Made by a program: the position numbers and the translations under genes
The notes under the pieces: model-generated
Seen by the model: only the letters and a program-made list of their open reading frames with translations
What the model was told of the DNA's origin: nothing
Database searches by the model: none
NCBI GenBank assembly: GCA_964016885.1
Contig: OZ024742.1
Span: 246,636,001 to 246,700,000, forward strand
Source of the DNA: Eledone cirrhosa
Taxonomy: Eukaryota
Direction of reading: 5' to 3'
Length of the DNA stretch: 64,000 nucleotides
Part shown: piece after piece, positions 23,541 to 36,129 of the stretch
Layout: every line of letters begins with the position of its first letter
Numbering within the stretch: position 1 is the stretch's first letter

Positions 23541-23579
23541 TGCACCTGCAGCACTGCGCTCCGCTAAACTGGTCCTTTG

Positions 23580-23890
23580 AAGCTACGTATCTCAGTGGTT
23601 AGAGAGTTGGATTTGAAATTGTGAGATTGTGAGTACTATTCCCAGACCAGGTGGCGCATCCTTCAGCAAGACACTTTATTTCACGTTGCTACAGTTCTCT
23701 CAGTCATTGAAATGAATTGTCACGTCACTTGTTGTCAAGCCGAATGTGCCTTTGCCTTTCCCTTGGACAATATTGCTAGCCTGGAAGGGAAACTGCTGGC
23801 CTTCCACGAAAAATACCTTGTACGGACTTGTGCATCGGAGGGGAACATTCTAGGTACAAAACTCATGGTTATTCGTGACCAAAGGGGGCC
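23580..23890 (+). mobile_element. tRNA-headed SINE of a second family (decayed)
   Basis: TCTCAGTGGTTAGAG A-box, GAGTACTATTCCC decayed B-box, then CCTTCAGCAAGACACTTTATTTCACGTTGCT, resembling a conserved SINE core domain. Confidence 0.6.
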
Positions 23891-23930
23891 TTTATATACA
23901 CACGCATACACACACACACACATATATATA

Positions 23931-23989
<59 letters not shown>

Positions 23990-23994
<5 letters not shown>

Positions 23995-24455
23995 TAAATT
24001 TGAAGACTGAAACCGAAAGAGGGCTCGATAAGGATAAATATATATCAAATATATAAGAACCGTAGAGCAAATATTGATTAAAATAACAGATTAAAGTTTA
24101 AGCAAAGAATCGTTGCTTTCACCCTAACGGGACCTTCTGAAACTAAAAGTTCAATCTGTGAACGCAGAAAAACGTTGCAACCGAAGGAAGACAAAGAGAC
24201 GATACTTTAGTTCGTGGAGACGTTCCCTCGCAAAGAACGAAAAAAAAACGAAGATAATACGTCATTATTTGGGGCAGTGAAAACAATTACACCCAAAGAG
24301 AAAACCACGTTCATGGTATAAATGAAGTCGTAGACTAATATTCTATTGGGTTGTTTGTGGAGACGTTCCCTGGCAATGAACGAAAAAAAAACGAAGATAA
24401 TACGTCATTATGTGGACCGTGAGAACAATTACACGCAAAGACAAAACACGTTCAT
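23990..24455 (-). mobile_element. Penelope family B 3'UTR/pLTR fragment with tail and hammerhead motif (24086-24159)
   Basis: Reverse complement of ~22520-22995. Hammerhead sense CAGAAGG-UCCC(GUUA)GGGU-GAAA-GCA...UGC-UU. Confidence 0.85.
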
Positions 24456-24459
24456 TTGC

Positions 24460-24895
24460 TCCTATACAAGAAACCATTAATAACAAAAAACAAATCCTCC
24501 ATTCCCATTATGCCAAACCCATGACTTCCAAATATCTGATCCACCGAAACTCAACTGTTTCGAATCACACCAAAATCAACATACTGATTGTGGATTTAGT
24601 AAAGGTGATGAGAAACGTGTCGCGCATGTGCAACCCCAAAGAACTAGAGAGACACATACAGCACTTCATCCCCCGTATGCAGTTCTCAGGTTACAATCAG
24701 AAAGATAAAATCAGAGTATATAGAGGAGCCAGAACCAAATGGGAAAAATGGTAAGTAATGATATAAATGGGACCTGCCCCATGTATAGGAGCTAATTTTG
24801 GAATAGAATAGAAAGAACTAGGAATAAGGTTAATAGAATAAACTCATAGTATGATAGCAATAAATACCAGAGTGTAATGTTCATCAATACAACCC
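24460..24895 (+). mobile_element. Fragment of a Penelope-like RT thumb region (different family)
   Basis: HYAKPMTSKYLIHRNS...KINIL...MRNVS...HFIPRMQFSGY follows the Y.KP...S....K...L...RN.S...F...L..SGY pattern. Confidence 0.6.
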
Positions 24896-25648
24896 CTAGA
24901 CGAGTTCTCTCCACCGGTCTCTGTCCCTCATTATCGCTGCCATGTCCTGCGTCTCCAACAGACCAGTGTCTGTCCATTGGGCATCAACATACGTTAAGCT
25001 TGGTCTTCCTCTTCCAGTGTGTCCATGTAGGGGCTCCCACAGGAGCACTGAGTACATTGTCAACTCTGGATGTCGGTGAGCATGTCCAGCTAACCTCAGT
25101 CTCCTCTGTGTTACTTTTGAGCTGACTTTTGGGAGGCTGCCATACAGCTCTGAGTTTTTCATCCTCAGTGTATATTGATTAATGTTCAGAGCCATCCTCA
25201 GCATTCTCGTGTAGCACCCATCCACAATCTGAATGTGTTTCTTGGTCAGTGTCCAAGTCTCAGACCCGTACAGCAGCACAGACTCCACTACAGCAATGAA
25301 GAGGCGGATTTTCAGGTCTTTACGAAGGTCCGACTTCCACATCGATCTCAAGCTGTGGCATGCCGCCCAGGCTTTGCTCTTCCTCTCAACCACATCATCA
25401 TCCGTATTCCCAATCTTTGCTCCCAAATACAGGAAGTCCTCAACCAACTCTAGCGGCTTCCTGCCTACATTAGTGATCTCCTCTGGCTTCTCAACCTTCT
25501 CTACCAGATATTTTGTTTTAGTCTCATTCATTCTCAGCCCCACACCTATCGACACAGTCTCAACCTCCTGCATCAGATCCTCTGATTCCTTCACTGTATT
25601 TGTCACCAAAACTATGTCGTCGGCAAATTCAGTATCCGATATATATTG
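24896..25648 (-). mobile_element. 5'-truncated RTE-clade LINE (RT C-terminal part)
   Basis: EFADD(I), NETKTKY, DFLYLG, ESVLLYGSETW, RRLRLAGH and GRGRP. Confidence 0.88.
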
Positions 25649-25706
25649 ACTGCCACTATTGGAATTGAATAATCAAAACCGTAGCGATATGTCGCATATC
25701 CAATCT

Positions 25707-25777
25707 TATATATTTTATCTGATGAAAACGTACTTAAACACCATTGTACCTTTGAAATATTTATAATAAAATATATA
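25707..25777 (+). ncRNA. Minimal type I hammerhead ribozyme, canonical core (family D)
   Basis: 12-bp helix I UAUAUAUUUUAU/AUAAAAUAUAUA; CUGAUGA; helix II AAACGUAC/GUACCUUU with one mismatch; GAAA; minimal near-palindromic helix III; AUA^ triplet. Confidence 0.75.
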
Positions 25778-25917
25778 TTCTGATTATGAGAATATTTTTC
25801 ATTTATTAATATTTTGAATAATATTAAATACTCCAGGAAAATTTGAACTGTCGAGTGCTTCTAATCTATTGTAAAATTGTATTCGTTGAATAATCAACGA
25901 ACCATAAAAATCTTTGG

Positions 25918-25975
<58 letters not shown>

Positions 25976-25978
25976 TAC

Positions 25979-26287
<309 letters not shown>

Positions 26288-26368
26288 ATATATATATATA
26301 TACAAACCACGAGGTGTAATATTAACTCCTTGAATTGCTGTTAGATGTGTTTTGTTTCATTTGATCTA

Positions 26369-26457
26369 ATCTCTCGCTGAGGAAAGACTACGGATTATCT
26401 GTTACAAACACAATTTTCAGGGCGAAACAGATTAAATCTCTAATCTGTCCGAGAGAT
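26369..26457 (+). ncRNA. Type I hammerhead ribozyme (family F) with perfect helices I and III and an unusual 40-nt domain II
   Basis: AUCUCUCG-CUGAGGA-[40 nt]-GAAAC-AGAUUA(AAUCUC)UAAUCU-GUC^CGAGAGAU, inside a 280-bp unique segment between (TA)n tracts. Confidence 0.75.
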
Positions 26458-26582
26458 GAAATGGTTATTGATACGGTCTGTATAGAATTATATCTTACTG
26501 TATGTTTCAGGTTAAATATATAAAACATTTGTGGCATTCTCTAGCCTCGTAATTTTAGACACGGAATTTTTATTTCTACATA

Positions 26583-26652
<70 letters not shown>

Positions 26653-26657
<5 letters not shown>

Positions 26658-26848
26658 AACGAGTAGGACCCCGACGTCTGACCTCAAGCCGTTTCGACGG
26701 CTAATTCTGAGTCCAGAATTAGCCGTCGAAACGGCTTGAGCTCAGTCGTCGGGGTCCTACTCGTTCCTATTACCCACTCTACTACCCTAAGTATTGAGTA
26801 CTTTGGTGGTGTATGGTCCACCTTGTTCCTTACCACATTTCCTTCGTT
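26653..26848. mobile_element. Penelope family A fold-back mini-element (57-bp inverted arms + 78-bp tail)
   Basis: 26653-26709 pairs with 26714-26770 (2 mismatches, 4-nt loop). 26710-26848 is highly similar to 20427-20565. (TA)n flanks. Confidence 0.9.
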
Positions 26849-28359
26849 ATATATATATATATATATACACACACATATATATATACAAGGTAAACTTACG
26901 GGCATATGTTTTTAGCAAACATACACTTTAGCCATGATCGGAAATATAGGCTCCTTGCATACTCCACGGGTTTTCTCTATATATCTTGCAAATGAGATTC
27001 TGAGTAGTTTCAGTATATATTACTACAATAGAGCTTTTAATTAAGCAATCCAGTTTGTCAACACTTGAGTTATTATTAGTTGGGTCAATTTGGTTCTATC
27101 CGAATTTGTGTATAATATAAAAATAGCCGAGCTGAAACACTGTATCAGCGAAAAGGTAAAAAATACATACGTGTGTATTGGTATATAATTAGATATATGT
27201 TATGGATGTGGAAACGCTTACACACAAATACTCTGATATACACGTTATCTGACACACACACACACACAGACTCACATACACACGCGTGCACACACGCACA
27301 CACAAACACACACGAACACACATACGAATATATATTTCATTATATATACCGACTTCAGTTTACGCACACACACACACACACATGCACACACACAACCACA
27401 TAAATACCCCCCCCCCCACACACACACACATGCACACACACAACCACATAAACACCCCCCACACACACCCATACACACACACTCACGCATACACACACAT
27501 ACATACGCGTATATATTTCGTCATTATATATACATGCCTACCGACTTGAGTTTACGCAAACACATACATACACACACACGCGCATACATACACATGAATA
27601 CACACACACAAACACATACATATATATATCTACAAATATATGTACATACACACACGCGCATATATGTACAAGTTTATGTACATACACACACTCGCATATA
27701 CACACACAGGCATACACACACATACATACATATATATATATATGTACAAGTATATGTTTCGTCATTATATATACATACCTACCGACTTGAGTTTACGCAC
27801 ACACATACGTACACACACACACACACATGCACACACATACGTACACACACATACGTACACCCACACACACACACACACACTCGCACGCCCAATCACACAA
27901 ACATTCATACATATGTAGTTGTGTACTTGAGAATGCGTGTTTATATCAATAGCTACATATATCTAACTACCTACGTGAGTCTACACAGAAATATATTTTC
28001 CTGGATACGTGCATATCTTGAAAGCCTATTTTCAATGATTTGTTTCATTTTTAAAGATAGAAACACAAAGAAACAGCTATTTTTTTTTCTTTACATAATT
28101 TTCTCCTTGTTAATTTTACATTTTATATTTACATACACACACATATACACATACACAAACATGTGCACGCACACACACACAAACATGTGCACGCACACAC
28201 ACCCTTTAATAGATAGTTATTTTCTTAAAGAAAGTATTTAAATACAAACTGCAGGCCATAATACACTTAGCTGGTTTCAAAGCATAAAGTGAAATTTCCA
28301 ATAATTCAGGACGTTTTGCTTTTTCTGTGAAAATATGAAAATTATTTATACAACATTGC

Positions 28360-29050
28360 AGTTCTATACGTAACTGTACACAACTTTACACATCTCTGTA
28401 TAACATAGCTGTACTATACCAAACTATACATTTCAGTAAACATCTCTGTATAACAAAGCTGTACTATACCAAACTATACAACATTGCAGTACACAACTCT
28501 GTATAACAGAGCTGTACTATACCAAACTATACAACATTGTAGTACACATCTCTGTATAACATCTCTGTACTATACCAAACTATACAACATTGCAGTACAC
28601 AGCTCTGTATAACAGAGCTGTACTATACCAAACTATACAACATTGTAGTACACATCTCTGTATAACATCTCTGTACTATACCAAACTATACAACATTGCA
28701 GTACACATCTCTGTATAACAGAGCTGTACTATACCAAACTATATATAAACTGTGCTGTACATAATGTAGTATACCTGTACGACACAAACCTGTACATTAT
28801 ACAACGGTTTTGTAAAATGTCGAACAATACACAACAGCAACTGTATTCTACACAACCATACTGTATTACATCTGTACTATAAACAGTTGTAGTGTACTTT
28901 GTATAACAGAGCTGTACTATACCAAACTATACATAAACTGTGCTGTACATAATGTACTATACATGTGCTACGCAAACCTGTACAATATACAACATTATTG
29001 TTATATGCCAAACTATACACAACAGCAACTATATTCCACACAACCATACT
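28360..29050. repeat. 53-bp minisatellite with decaying edges
   Basis: Unit TACACATCTCTGTATAACAGAGCTGTACTATACCAAACTATACAACATTGCAG. CCAAACTATA recurs at 53-bp spacing (e.g. 28628, 28681). Confidence 0.85.
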
Positions 29051-29064
29051 GTATTCGCAGACAG

Positions 29065-29225
29065 CGAATTGGCAGAGTTATTAGACCGTCGGCTAGAATG
29101 CTTTATGGTATTCGTTACGTTACGGCACTCTGTTCCCTGAGTTCAAATCCCGCCAAGGTCAACTTTGCCTATCATCCTTTCGAGGTCGATAAAAAAAGTA
29201 CCAGTCTAGTTCTGGGGTCGATTCT
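29065..29225 (+). mobile_element. tRNA-type SINE copy
   Basis: TGGCAGAGTTATTAG...GAGTTCAAATCCCGCC...CATCCTTTCGAGGTCGATAAA. Confidence 0.75.
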
Positions 29226-29399
29226 TCCTTTATATCTCTTTCTCATTTCCCTTTCTCATCTCACTTTCTATCTTTCTCAGGAAGAAATCTGCAGTACTCA
29301 GGCCTGGAGAGGGAAGGGTCCGTCAGGCCAGGCTTAAAATGCCCAAGAAATGCCGTATGTCCATACGGCGCTCCAACGACTCTATCAGGAGTTACGGAA

Positions 29400-30105
29400 C
29401 CATACATAGATACATTGTACTATACGCAACTATATTTAACTGTACAATACGCAACTCTACAATACCTAATTATACACAATTGTACACATCTCTATACAAT
29501 AATACTCTGCTATACTTAACTGTACACAACAGTAAAATATACAATCATAGACACTTGTACAGTACAGTATACAACTGTTCACACATATATACAACGGTAC
29601 AGTACTATACATAACTGTACACATCTCTATAGAACAAAACTGTACTATAGGGAGCTATACATAACTGTACAGTATCCAACCATACACAACACTATACAAC
29701 AACACTGTACTATAGAGAACTAGAGATAACTGTACAATATCCAACTGTAAATATCTCTATACAACTGTACTGTACTATAAGAGGAACTATACACAACTCT
29801 ACAATATCCAACCATATATAACACTATACAACAGCACTGTACTATAGTGAACTATAGATAACTGTACAATACCCAACTGTAAATATCTCTATACAACAGT
29901 ATAGGGAACTATACACAACCATATATAACACTATACAGCAGTACTGTACTATAGGGAACTATACACAACTCTACAATACCCTACCATACATAATACTATA
30001 CAACCGTACTGTACTATAGCCAACTATACACAACCATATATAACACTATACAACGGTACTGTACAAAACTAGCCACAACTATACAGTACACAAGAATACA
30101 GTACA
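29400..30105. repeat. Degenerate ACTGTAC/CTATAC-rich minisatellite related to 28360-29050
   Basis: Recurrent CTGTACTATAG, AACTATACA and CACTATACAAC words. Confidence 0.7.
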
Positions 30106-30159
30106 GAAGGGTTTATGCTCAGATGAACAATTCTTAAGTTAGAGAATACAACGTAACTG

Positions 30160-30352
30160 ACGGTGGATTGACAGTATCGGTAGAGAGTCGGACACCATGA
30201 TTTACAACATAGAGTTACGTCCCTTTACAGTCTGAGTTCAAATCCCTCCGATGTTAACTCTGCCTTTCATCCTTACGGGGTCGATAAAATAAAGTACCAG
30301 TAATGCATTGGGATAATTGCTGGCCTGGTGCCAAAAGTAGAAACAATTATAT
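30160..30352 (+). mobile_element. tRNA-type SINE copy (same family as 2604-3335)
   Basis: Full head, body and tail match. Confidence 0.85.
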
Positions 30353-30469
30353 AATGTAAACCACCATATGTAACAGTTATATATAACACTAAGATATGAT
30401 ATTTATATAGTCACCATTGTATAATGTTTGTTTATATTCCTTAAACAATTTGTTATAAAATTATGTTGT

Positions 30470-30685
30470 TTGATAATGGTTTCTGATTTAGGCGCAAGTC
30501 CAACAATCTTGGAGGAGGGGAAATCGATTAAATCTACTCCAGTGAGTTACTAATAGTTTATTTTATCGAACCTGTAAAAATGAAAGGCAAAGCTAACCTC
30601 AGCGGGAATTGAACTCAGAACACAAAGGTACGTAACTATATGCCACAAAGCATGTTGTCCCACGTTCTGCTAATCCACCGCCCTT
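30470..30685 (-). mobile_element. tRNA-type SINE copy, reverse strand
   Basis: TGAAAGGCAAAGCTAACCTCAGCGGGAATTGAACTCAGAA is the reverse complement of the SINE body and B-box. Confidence 0.75.
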
Positions 30686-30958
30686 TTCTGTTGTTTAATA
30701 ATGTGTTGCAAAATTCTTTATATTGATAAAAACAAAAAACAACAATAAACAAAAACACATTCAGTCATATAATTAGAGTTGATGTAAGTGAGTGCTAAGT
30801 CATAATAATTGAAAATAAATGTTTACGTTTGAGATAACTGATTACAACATTACCACCAGAGATCACTTTTTACATATAAACAGCTCCCTTATATTGTATT
30901 TTTAAAAATATAATTATTGGAATACTCATTTTTTTAACTGGATTTAAGAATATTTCAA

Positions 30959-33900
30959 TGGCGACGATGATAAGATTTGGAAATTAAATTTTACATATTC
31001 GGTGTTGAAATTGGATATCTAATTTGCTATAATTTACATTATATTTACAGCTGTCACACTTTAAAAATATCCCTTTATTCTGTCAATTATTTTCCTTATG
31101 AATTTTGAACGCCCTGTTGTAACTCTTGATATAAAAAAAATGATGCGCCTAATATTTATGTAAACTGGAAAAAAGTGGTTCAGACGCTTCATTTACTAGA
31201 CAGAAGGTTTGCTATCGACAGTTATTCCAGGTAGAAATCTATGTTTCTATATTTAGTAGGATCGGACCTTCAGGATTTATATGAGATAATAGGGTTTTCC
31301 TCTAATGTAGAAAATCATTGTGAGTTTGAAATTGTTGTCCAGAGGCTAAATGATCATTTTCAGCATAAACCAAACTGCACATATGAGAATGAGAGGCATA
31401 TATGTAGACCACTTTGTCAATTACCTGATGAGAATATTGATCAATACTACGCCTTAAACAGCAAGTTAACGCATGCTAATGTTTTGATCAAGAAGATGAT
31501 TGCATAGAGGATCAAATAGTTGAAAATGTTGTGATCACAAGTTTGCTACAGAAAATATTGGAAAGAAGCGATACGATCGATTGACAGGGAATTTAAGAAC
31601 TGGATAACTCTATGGAGACCATAAAAATACAGGTTAAAGAATATGGTTTATTTCAGCCATTTGGTGGTTTCGTAAATGCATTAAGATTGTCTGGAAAAGC
31701 TGAAGGAATAAAATCTGAGAAATGAAGAGTTTCCCTTGCAACAAATTAGGTCATTTCGCAAATAATCCAACTGTTCAGCAAATGTAGCAAGGTGTAATGA
31801 ATGTTAATATATGTCAATTAGTAGGACATTTTATCATTTGTTGTAAAACAAAGTCTAAAGCAAAGGTTGATAATAACAAATATTGATGATTTCACTGTTA
31901 ATGAATTAGAGTGTCATGGTTGTGCATTTTCTATATCAAATAACATGTTAATTACAAAGTCTCTTCCTTGTAAATTAGGTGTCAAGCTTGATCTACTGAT
32001 TGATTCTGGCGCTTTTGTTAATGATATTAGTAAGTATACTTGGGAAATTCTTAAAGCTTTGAAATGTGCTTGTGACAGTTGGGAAGTTAAGTTAATGAGA
32101 AATTATTTACATACAGAAATGAAAGGCCTTTGGAAGTTATTGGAACGATCAAAGCATATTCGGAAATTCTAAAAGGAAAGAATTTAGGCAATTCATTAGA
32201 ATTTCTTGTTATTGAAGGAAGTTGACCATCAATTTTGGGAGATAGTTCAGCGCAAGAATTTGGTATTCTGAAAATCATGGTAAATACTGTATCACTCGAT
32301 CAATTTCTAGAAATACAATCATGTGCTGGTTGTTTAGAAGACTCTCATTTGTCTCTTCACATTGGTTCAAGTGTCGAACCTATTATCCAGCGTTTACGAC
32401 CCGACCAACTCCTTATCGTCTGAAAGAAAAGATAGCTATGAATATTATTGAATGTATAGACTATCTATCAAAATATGTTGGTCCTATTACTTCGGTACAA
32501 AAGAAGGATGGTTCTCTGCGTATATGTGTAAACGAAATTTAACAGTTAAACGCGTAATACATCTAATTCCAACCATTGATCAACTGATTGAAGAACCAAG
32601 AGATAGTAAAGTATTCCCAAGACTTGATAATACATGGCGTTTTCATCAGATTAAGTTCGATGGAAGAAGCCGAGAAATAACAACGTTTATAACTGACCAG
32701 AGTTTGTTTAGAAACAATCGATTACTTTATTTTGGGTATCTTCAGCACCGGAGCTGTTCCAATACATCGTTAGTCAAAGTGTGTCAAATTGTATTGCAGT
32801 GCTAAATCTTTTTGGTGATATTGTATATAGATATAGTGAAGAAGAGCATGATAAAAGATAAATATCTGTGTTAACCCATCTCAAGAAAAAATGTTTATTC
32901 TCGGAGTCAGAAAAATAATATGTTTGACATAAAATTTATAAAAAATGTATTACTGAAGATAAAATCAAAGCGTTAAAATATATGAAGTTTCCAACATATG
33001 CAAGTGAAGTTAAAAGTTTCCTTGGTTTTGTAAATTTTATGGAAGGTTTATAAAAAAATTCTCTTTAAAGACATATCCTCTTCGAGAATTAGTTGGTACT
33101 AGATTCAAGTGAAGAATTAAAGAAGAACTTTTCAAAGTTCGGAAAAATCAAATAGCCTTTTCAACATATAGTCATTTTAAATCCGAAACTACATACAATT
33201 GTTGTAGATGATGCTAGTCCTGTGGGATTAGGATCTGTTCTTATACAAAAAGATGGAAGTGTTGAAAGAGTTGTTTGTTTTGCAAGTCATTGTTTGATCT
33301 CTGTTGCATAACAGTATTCACAAATGGAAAAAGAAGCTTTAGCACTAGTGTGGGCTTGCGAGCTTTCCCATATATTTATGGCATGGATTTTGAATTAAGA
33401 ACAGATCATAAATTATTTCTTTTTATGCACGCTTCACATGCAAAACCAAAATTCTGTAGAGAGAGGTGGAAACTTCGACTGTAACTATATAAACTTAAAA
33501 TGCATCGTATAAAAGGAAAGTATAATGTGGCAGACACATTGTCGCAGCTGACAGTAGTTCAAAATGAGATTGTAAGTCATAATGATAATTCCGAAAGTTG
33601 CAGACAATGTGCTACTGATATTGGAGACATATGGTCGCTTTACGGAATGTTGTTCCCCAAGATACTTAATCTTTAGTGCTAGCTGAATATAGAGCTGCAA
33701 AGGGACGAACTTACTTGTCTTGGGAATCTAAATTTACATGGAGGTCGCCTTGTGATTACTTTAAAATTGAGAAAACGTGTTTTAGATTTGGTGCATGAAG
33801 CACATCAATGAATTGTGAAGAGAAAGCAAAGGTTGCAAACTAAGGTGTGGTGGTCTGGAATTAATAAAAACCGTAATAAAAATATGTAAATTGTGTATTA

Positions 33901-34590
33901 TGGTTACACCGTAATAAATTTCGAACCTTTCATTACATCAAACTAGCCTGAACAACTATGGTTACAATTGCATATTAATATAGTTGGGCCATTGTGGAAT
34001 AAAGGGAATATATTTATATTATGAGTTGTTCACTATTACAACCATTGCGTAAAGCAGAAGAATTCTTAAAGGATTAGAAACATCAAATATATTGGAATAT
34101 TTGAAAGAAATTTCGACAAATAATCGGTGTCCCGTAAGTATACAGACTAACAATACTCCTTATTTTATCAGCTCTAAATTTTAAAACGAGATGTGGATTT
34201 GTTGAATTCATCGTCCATATTGGTCTCACGCAAATCATAAGCGGGAAGACAAAACTTCAGTCTGTTGAAATATTTGAATATATCATATGCAAAGAGGATG
34301 AATCTAACTGCTATCATAAATAACTACTTAATGGCTTATCGATTTACTCCTCTCACTATTACAAGTCAGACACCATCATTTCTTTTAAGTGGTCGAAGAA
34401 TGAAAATAAAACCGCCTGATTATGCATGTTTGACAGAGTTACACATTCAGATACAACTATTAAGAATATTGTTGATGGGGAATATCGTGACAATAATGCA
34501 CTGCATCAATTGAAAGTAAAGATTATATTGATAAAGGAAATAATGCAGTTGAATGAGATGATAAAGAAGGTGATTCGGTATATGTCAAGG
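30959..34590 (+). mobile_element. Heavily decayed Gypsy/Ty3 LTR retrotransposon internal region
   Basis: PBS-like TGGCGACGA at 30959; gag remnant; protease LLIDSGA; RT KKDGSLRICV; RNase H DASPVGLGSVL, EKEALALVWACE and FELRTDHK; integrase remnant. Many stops and frameshifts. LTRs not resolved. Confidence 0.88.
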
Positions 34591-34735
34591 ACCTGCGGTC
34601 TTATACAAATGACGAACATGTATATATATATATACATCTCTCTCTCTCCACACACACATATACACACACACCACACCCACACAGACGCACACACACATAT
34701 ATATATATATATACATTCTTTTCCTTTTTTTTTCA

Positions 34736-34807
<72 letters not shown>

Positions 34808-34837
34808 TATATATATACATATATGTATATATATATA

Positions 34838-35052
34838 TATTTGAAAAAAAAAGGAAAAGAATGACTTCACTTGTAGTGTTAAACATTTTTTGATTTAATT
34901 TTATATTATAATATTATGAGTTGGTAGATACAACTCATAATATTATAATATAAAATTAAATCAAAAAAATGTTTAATACTACAAGTGAAGTCATTCTTTT
35001 CCTTTTTTTCAAATATACCTAACTGTACCAAGGATCTCACACATTTTCCAAT
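34838..35052. repeat. Near-perfect ~85-bp-arm hairpin plus 36-bp tail between (TA)n tracts
   Basis: 34838-34923 pairs with 34931-35016 around loop GTAGATA. A third partial arm end lies at 34715-34740. Confidence 0.9.
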
Positions 35053-35116
35053 ATATATATATATGTAATAGTTACAAAAAAACCTGCGCGCTTGTATACA
35101 CACACAAACACTCACA

Positions 35117-35201
<85 letters not shown>

Positions 35202-35354
35202 AATATCCATATATGTACAAGCAGTATCTGTGGAAATCACAAGGTATAGATTTTCCCTATTTTTATTTGGATGCATCAATTTGAATATCTTCTTAACTTT
35301 AAGTTAAACATTTGGATTATGTATTCGATTTGTTGGTATAGGTAAACAAGTAGC

Positions 35355-35865
35355 TGTTTCTACTTTCGGCACGAGGACAGCAATTTGAAGATGAGGATGA
35401 AAGCCGATTTAATCGATCCCAATACATTACTAATATATAATTTAATCGACTCAATAAGGATGAACGGCAAAGTTAACCTCGGCGAGATTTGATTTCAGAA
35501 TGTAAAGGGCTGTAACTATATGCTGCAAAGCATGTTGCCCGACGTTCTACCAATACTGCCAATCTACCACCCTTTGTAAAGTAATTATAATGTTAATGTA
35601 AATGATTCGTTAAAGCAATTAATTAAAGAGTATGTAATCTAGTTGAGATTAATATGTGAGTGCTTGTTTTGTGAAGAAACGAAAATGTGAGTCGAAATGT
35701 CAATTTAATCGATCCCAGTGCGTTACTAATATATAATTTTATCGACTCAATAAGGATGAACGGCACAGTTAACCTCGGCGAAATTTGAACTCATAATGTA
35801 AAGGGCTGTAACTATATGCCGAAAAGCATGTTGTCCGACGCTGTAATGATACTGCCAATCAACCT
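35355..35865 (-). mobile_element. Two reverse-strand SINE copies (35355-35575, 35700-35865)
   Basis: Both contain TAAGGATGAACGGCA(A/C)AGTTAACCTCGGCGA...AATACTGCCAATC or a close variant. Confidence 0.8.
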
Positions 35866-36129
35866 GTATATGACTGCTACTAGTTTTAACGACACTTGGA
35901 GGGCTGGAAGTTAAAGTTGGTAGGTGGTGTGGAGCTAAACAACAACATATCATTCAACCACATAACATGTTGTTCTAGAGGTCGTGTAAGTGTATGTTTT
36001 CTTGTTGGAAGTGGAGTCTCGAAAGTGATGCTGTCCAAGTATAGGCTTCAACCATGCCTGCTCGGCAACCTTTACCGGACGTTCAATTGTCGTGCTCGCC
36101 TGTGTCGGCTTCTATCGTTCATTCCCGAC

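Noticed and set aside
30360-30960. 5' LTR of the Gypsy element
   Set aside because: No matching 3' LTR could be found after 34590, so boundaries cannot be supported.
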